Made by a program: the position numbers and the translations under genes
Shown here: piece by piece, positions 59,339 through 64,000 of the stretch
Numbering within the stretch: position 1 is the stretch's first letter
Layout: each line of letters begins with the position of its first letter
Source of the DNA: Candidatus Latescibacterota bacterium
GTDB taxonomy: Bacteria; Latescibacterota; UBA2968
Assembly: GCA_038279365.1 (NCBI GenBank)
Contig: JAYODI010000019.1
Location: forward strand, 1,443-65,442
DNA: 64,000 nucleotides
Direction: 5' to 3'
Notes under the pieces: model-generated
The model's input: the letters and a program-made list of their open reading frames with translations, nothing else
What the model was told of the DNA's origin: nothing
The model's database searches: none

Positions 59339-60562
59339 ATGATCGAAATGGATGATGCGATTCGCATTGTGATGGAAAATACGCAGTTGATGGATTCTAC
59401 AACGGTTGATTTGATGGATGCGCTGGGATATGTCTTGGCTGAAGACGTGCAATCAGATATCAATATGCCACCGTTTGATAAGGCCACCATGGATGGCTAT
59501 GCTTTGCAAGGTGCTGATATTGCCTCAGCTTCGGGTAATACGCCCGTGGTATTAGAGGTTATTGAAGAAATACCAGCAGGTACTGTGCCACAAAAACGTG
59601 TTGGGCCTGGGCAGGCCGCTCGTATTATGACGGGTGCACCCGTGCCTCAAGGGGCAGATACGGTGATTATGGTAGAAGACACCGAGTCTGAGGCCCAAGG
59701 GCAAAAGGTTAAGGTGTTGGATGTGACGGATGTGGGTGAAAATATTGCGCGTTTGGGTGAAGATGTGACTGTGGATCAGGTGGTGTTAAAAAAAGGGACA
59801 CGGATTCGCCCACCCGAGATTGGCATTTTGGCCACAGTGGGTGCTGTGAGAGTGCCTGTTTTTCGCAAACCCATTGTAGGGGTTATTGCCACGGGCAGTG
59901 AGATTGTTGAGCCCAAGCATGTGCCCAAACCGGGTCAGATTCGCAACAGCAATGGTTATTCGATGATGGCACAGGCATTGCGCGCCAGTGCAGAGGTGCG
60001 ATATTTGGGTATTGTAGAAGATGATGCCGCATCGCTTAAACGCGTGATTGGTGAGGGCTTGGATACGTGTGATGTGGTGATGTTGTCGGGTGGGGTTTCT
60101 GCTGGGGTATATGATTTGGTACAAGATGCGATGCGTGATTTGGGTGTGGTGGTGCTGTTTGATCGCATTCGGATGAAACCGGGCAAACCGCTCACATTTG
60201 GGGTGAAGGGTAAGAAGCTGGTTTTTGGATTGCCTGGTAATCCGGTATCGTCGGTGGTGGGTTTGGAGCTGCTGGCGCGCCCTGCCATTCGCAAAATGCA
60301 ATCTATGACGGTGGTGCACCATCGACAGGCAAAAACGGTTTTAAAAGCTGATTTTAAGCAGTCACCAGGGCGTAAGCAATTTGTGCCGGCTCAGAGCGTG
60401 CTGGGTGAACAAGGTCTCTGGACAAGTGATTGGGTGGGGCATCATGGATCTGCGGATTTGTTTGCATTGGCGCGTGCGAATAGTTTGTTTGTGGTCGATG
60501 CCGAGGTAGATCATGTGCCTGCTGGCACGGCATTGGATCTCATTTTGTTGGAAGATTGGTAG
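59339..60562 (+). CDS. moeA: Molybdopterin molybdotransferase
   Basis: PPFDKATMDGYA, IMTGA, SGGVS, MKPGKP, GLPGNP. Confidence 0.95.
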   Translation: MIEMDDAIRIVMENTQLMDSTTVDLMDALGYVLAEDVQSDINMPPFDKATMDGYALQGADIASASGNTPVVLEVIEEIPAGTVPQKRVGPGQAARIMTGAPVPQGADTVIMVEDTESEAQGQKVKVLDVTDVGENIARLGEDVTVDQVVLKKGTRIRPPEIGILATVGAVRVPVFRKPIVGVIATGSEIVEPKHVPKPGQIRNSNGYSMMAQALRASAEVRYLGIVEDDAASLKRVIGEGLDTCDVVMLSGGVSAGVYDLVQDAMRDLGVVVLFDRIRMKPGKPLTFGVKGKKLVFGLPGNPVSSVVGLELLARPAIRKMQSMTVVHHRQAKTVLKADFKQSPGRKQFVPAQSVLGEQGLWTSDWVGHHGSADLFALARANSLFVVDAEVDHVPAGTALDLILLEDW

Positions 60563-60566
60563 GCTT

Positions 60567-61040
60567 ATGAATAAGTTGACGCATATTGGTGAAGATGGTG
60601 CGGTAAAGATGGTGGATGTGACAGAAAAAGCAGTGACAGATCGAGAAGCGGTTGTCCGGGGGCACATTCGGATGCAGGCAGATACTGTGCGTTTGATTGT
60701 GGAAGGGAAAACCGCTAAGGGCAATGTGCTGGAAACCGCACGTATTGCAGGTATTATGGCCGCCAAACGCACGTGGGAAATCATTCCGATGTGTCATCCG
60801 ATTGCGATTACTGGCATTGATTTGCATTTTGAGGTGGGAGAAGCCCAAATTGATGCACAGGCATCTGTACGTGTGCCTGATCGGACGGGGGTGGAGATGG
60901 AAGCATTGACAGCTGTAAGCGTGGCTTTGCTTACCATATATGATATGTGTAAAGCTGTGGATCGGGGTATGGTTATTGGGGATATTTGTTTGTTGCGCAA
61001 AAGTGGCGGACGGAGTGGCACATACGTTCGTGCTCAATAA
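60567..61040 (+). CDS. moaC: Cyclic pyranopterin monophosphate synthase
   Basis: LTH..MVDV, IPMCHP, TGVEMEAL, YDMCKA, KSGG. Confidence 0.96.
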   Translation: MNKLTHIGEDGAVKMVDVTEKAVTDREAVVRGHIRMQADTVRLIVEGKTAKGNVLETARIAGIMAAKRTWEIIPMCHPIAITGIDLHFEVGEAQIDAQASVRVPDRTGVEMEALTAVSVALLTIYDMCKAVDRGMVIGDICLLRKSGGRSGTYVRAQ

Positions 61041-61052
61041 GGGTGATTTGTC

Positions 61053-61352
61053 ATGGAATGGTTTAGCATTGCATGGGTGTTTGGCATTATTACCTTGGCA
61101 TGTGCGTTTTTCTTTTTGCAAATGTTGGTTGACTATAACAGCCAAAGAGGACTTATTATGCCTGCGCTGAAACAGGCAAGGGAAATAAGAGAGCGTCATG
61201 AAATTGAGATTGAAAAAGTAGATCGTTTAACCAAAGAGGCCGAAGCGCAATTGTCTGCGCTTCAAGAAGAGTCGAAAGCAATCAGCCAAAAAATTAAAGC
61301 ATTAGATGAGGAAATAGATGTTCGTAAAGAGGCTGATTCTGATGCGGGATAA
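61053..61352 (+). CDS. Hypothetical membrane-anchored coiled-coil protein
   Basis: N-terminal TM helix followed by an E/K-rich heptad region. Confidence 0.65.
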   Translation: MEWFSIAWVFGIITLACAFFFLQMLVDYNSQRGLIMPALKQAREIRERHEIEIEKVDRLTKEAEAQLSALQEESKAISQKIKALDEEIDVRKEADSDAG

Positions 61353-61357
61353 AGCCC

Positions 61358-61386
61358 TTGACAAAGATTATTGCCTTCTTTAAATT
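61358..61386 (+). promoter_or_regulatory. Sigma70 promoter for tRNA-Lys
   Basis: TTGACA-17 bp-TAAATT. Confidence 0.75.
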
Positions 61387-61442
61387 CATCAATCGCAATG
61401 GGTTGTTGGGGCTGTTTTGATTACCATTGTTAGTTTTTTAAT

Positions 61443-61515
<73 letters not shown>

Positions 61516-61551
61516 CTTTTTTAGATTGTGGGTTGTGGTACTGGAGTTGGT

Positions 61552-62415
61552 ATGGATCGTGAAGACATTCGGTTAGGTATTCGCAATATTAAAAACCTGC
61601 CGACATTGCCTGTTATTGTGAGCCGTATTCTTGAAGTGGCTGATGATTCGGGTTCTAGTGCCAATGAGTTGGCAGAACTTGTGGCGCGTGACATGTCGGT
61701 ATCGGCAAAGGTGTTAAACCTTGCCAATTCGGCATTTTATGGTTTTTCGCGTCGCATTACGACGATACCTCAGGCTGTGGTGGTGTTGGGGTTTGATACG
61801 GTGCGCAGTTTGGCTTTGAGCGTATCGGTGTTTGAAACCCTTTCAAAAAATACGAATGAAGTGAGTTTTGATCGTGAGGCATTTTGGATTCATTCCATTG
61901 GGTGTGGTACGGCTTCGCGTTTGATTGCCAAAGAATTGGGTTATCGCGATTCGGGAACGTTTTTTGTGGCAGGTTTGCTTCACGATTTGGGCAAAGTGAT
62001 TCTCGATACGTATTTTAGTGAGCAATATGCCGAAGTTGTTGAAGAAATGGTCGAAGAAGAGCGTTCGGCCCTTGATGCTGAAACCGATATTTTAGATATT
62101 GACCATGCCGAAGTAGGGGCTTGGTTGGCGACTCGGTGGAAGTTTCCCGAAATTTTGGTGTCGCCCATTGCGGCTCACCACAACTTGATGGCTGCTGAAG
62201 AACAATTTGTTAAAGAAGCTGTGATTGTTCATTTGGCCAATATATTGACCAAACGTGCGGGCATTGGGTTGTGCTATGAAGCGACCATTCCTGAACCCAG
62301 CAGTGAGGTTCAAAAAGAACTGAAGTTGACGGCTGACCAAATTGCCAAAATTGAAAAAGGCTTATCCGATGAACGCGATCAGATAAATGAATTTTTTAGT
62401 TATTTAAGTGGATAG
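61552..62415 (+). CDS. HDOD-domain signalling protein
   Basis: LPTLP, D...SAKVLNLANSAFYG, FWIHS, GLLHDLGK, DHAEVG..LA..WKFP. Confidence 0.93.
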   Translation: MDREDIRLGIRNIKNLPTLPVIVSRILEVADDSGSSANELAELVARDMSVSAKVLNLANSAFYGFSRRITTIPQAVVVLGFDTVRSLALSVSVFETLSKNTNEVSFDREAFWIHSIGCGTASRLIAKELGYRDSGTFFVAGLLHDLGKVILDTYFSEQYAEVVEEMVEEERSALDAETDILDIDHAEVGAWLATRWKFPEILVSPIAAHHNLMAAEEQFVKEAVIVHLANILTKRAGIGLCYEATIPEPSSEVQKELKLTADQIAKIEKGLSDERDQINEFFSYLSG

Positions 62416-62531
62416 ATTAAAGCGTAGGATAGATGCCTGTTTAACTTGCTATTTGGCAGTGTTTCTTGCTATATTCCCTGTCGGGCTGATGCCCGATAGG
62501 GATTTTTTATGGCATTTGAGGATGACGGGTT

Positions 62532-64000
62532 ATGATGAACGATGCGACCAAAGCGCAGAGATTGCAGGAAGAGCTTACACGGGCTGTTTCTCAGCGTGAT
62601 CTTTATATTAGAGAATTGCACCGAACCACGCAGCGTTTTGAAGAGAAAGTACGTGAGTTATCGGTGGTGCGTCGTATTGGTGAAACACTGAAGTATACCC
62701 GTGATCCACGCAAAGTATTTGAAGTGATTATTGATACAATTATTGATGAGACCAGCGCAGAAAACTGTTCTTTGATGTTGCTTAACCGCGAAACGAATGA
62801 ATTGAACACCCGAGCGGCTCGAGGTCAAGAAGATTCAGAAATTAGTTTTTATCACATTTCATCGGGAACGCGGTCTTTTAAGTTGGGAGAAGGGATTGCT
62901 GGATGGGTGGCGCAATACGGCGAGCCAATAGCCATTCCCGATACATCAACGGGGCTGGTGGTGCGTTTGTTTCCCGAGTTGGATGCAACGGGTAATCCTA
63001 TTGAAATTCCCGAATTGCCCGAAGTGCCTCAGTTTATTGTGGGGACGGCACGTTCTATTGGTTCTATGTTGTGTTTGCCTCTTGTGATTGATAATGAGGT
63101 GGTGGGGGTGGTCAATATGAGCCACCCTTTGGCGGATGCGTTTAGTTCTGAAGATTCGCAATTGATGACGATTATTACTGACCAAGTGGCTATTGCGTTG
63201 AATAACGTGCAAATTTTTGATGATTTGCAACAGCAAAGTGCGTATTTGGAAGATGAAGTCAGCCGTGCAACAGAAGAATTGCGTCGGACAAATAATGAGT
63301 TGACATCGGCTTATGAGGAGATTCAGAAGTCGAGTCAAATGAAGTCTCAATTTTTGGCCCATATGTCTCATGAATTACGCACCCCTTTAAATGCTGTGAT
63401 TGGTTTTTCAGAAATTTTGGAAGACAAGACATTTGGCGATCTCAATGAAAAGCAAAGCCGTTATGTACACAATATTTTGACCAGCAGCCGTCATTTGTTG
63501 GAATTGATTAACGAGATCTTAGATTTGGCCAAAGTTGAATCGGGTGAGATGCAATTGGTTTTAACGGAGTTTTTGATAGAAGATTGCTTGGATCAGGTGA
63601 CCGAAGTGGTGCGCCCGTTGGCATCGAACAAGTCTATTGTGTTGAATCACGATATTGATCCTGAATTGGGTTTGATTCGGGGAGATGAAGGACGAATTAA
63701 ACAGATTTTGTATAATTTGTTGTCCAATGCCATCAAGTTTACCCCGGAAGATGGGCGGGTAGATGTTTTGGTGGCTCGGCGGGAAAATGGCACACTTGAA
63801 ATAGCTGTGGCTGATACGGGTATAGGGATTAAAAAAGAACATCAGGAATTGATCTTTTCGGAGTTTCGCCAAGTGGAAGAAACGTATTCGCGCCGGTATG
63901 AAGGCACGGGGTTGGGCTTGGCATTAACGCGGCGTTTGGTAGAATTGCACAATGGCTCTATTTGGGTGGAGAGTGTGTTAGGTGAGGGCAGTACGTTTAC
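62532..64000 (+). CDS. GAF-domain sensor histidine kinase (runs off the window)
   Basis: Not in the ORF track. Manual translation: MMNDATK...GEGIAGWVAQ...LCLPL...FLAHMSHELRTPLNAVIGFS...NLLSNAIKFT...DTGIGI...GTGLGL. Confidence 0.93.
   Translation, partial: MMNDATKAQRLQEELTRAVSQRDLYIRELHRTTQRFEEKVRELSVVRRIGETLKYTRDPRKVFEVIIDTIIDETSAENCSLMLLNRETNELNTRAARGQEDSEISFYHISSGTRSFKLGEGIAGWVAQYGEPIAIPDTSTGLVVRLFPELDATGNPIEIPELPEVPQFIVGTARSIGSMLCLPLVIDNEVVGVVNMSHPLADAFSSEDSQLMTIITDQVAIALNNVQIFDDLQQQSAYLEDEVSRATEELRRTNNELTSAYEEIQKSSQMKSQFLAHMSHELRTPLNAVIGFSEILEDKTFGDLNEKQSRYVHNILTSSRHLLELINEILDLAKVESGEMQLVLTEFLIEDCLDQVTEVVRPLASNKSIVLNHDIDPELGLIRGDEGRIKQILYNLLSNAIKFTPEDGRVDVLVARRENGTLEIAVADTGIGIKKEHQELIFSEFRQVEETYSRRYEGTGLGLALTRRLVELHNGSIWVESVLGEGSTF

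Noticed and set aside
62454-62470. Sigma54-like TGGCAGTGTTTCTTGCT upstream of the kinase
   Set aside because: GG-to-GC spacing is 11 nt rather than the required 10.

Overview
Bacterial chromosomal window, roughly mid-range GC by eye, with a strong G/T excess on the + strand throughout. The dockerin-like secreted protein, several PhyH and sulfatase genes, a UroD-like gene and polysaccharide lyases suggest an FCB-group marine heterotroph such as Latescibacterota; this is inference only. Left to right: partial rimO; a dockerin/EF-hand secreted protein; a PhyH gene and an RND permease that are both truncated at one shared TTAA (3457-3460); a minus-strand lipid cassette (acyl desaturase, cdsA-like, psd, pssA-like, RND adaptor) with a probable leaderless sigma70 promoter and an opine-dehydrogenase remnant upstream; ppc and an RluA-family gene. 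A ~25 kb glycan/uronate catabolic region follows: PL10, transglutaminase-fold protein, AKR, GH51, uronate-DH-like, HAD, two PhyH genes (one with an HxG motif), a tandem pair of PL26/YetA-like lyases sharing ~1.49 kb of apparently identical DNA but with divergent C-termini, two sulfatases, heparinase II/III-like, UroD-like and FAH, interrupted by a HEPN-MNT pair and a 1-Cys peroxiredoxin. The right part is housekeeping: fmdB-like-dnaK with a sigma54-type promoter, sucC without sucD, gpmI, LysR/acnA, NtrC-family regulator, mdh, rpmA, rplU, Rne/Rng, moeA, moaC, tRNA-Lys(CTT), HDOD and a partial GAF histidine kinase. Two families of short dispersed intergenic repeats are visible. No CRISPR array, transposase, integrase or reverse transcriptase was found. 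All calls are from reading the sequence and motif recognition, without database searches.
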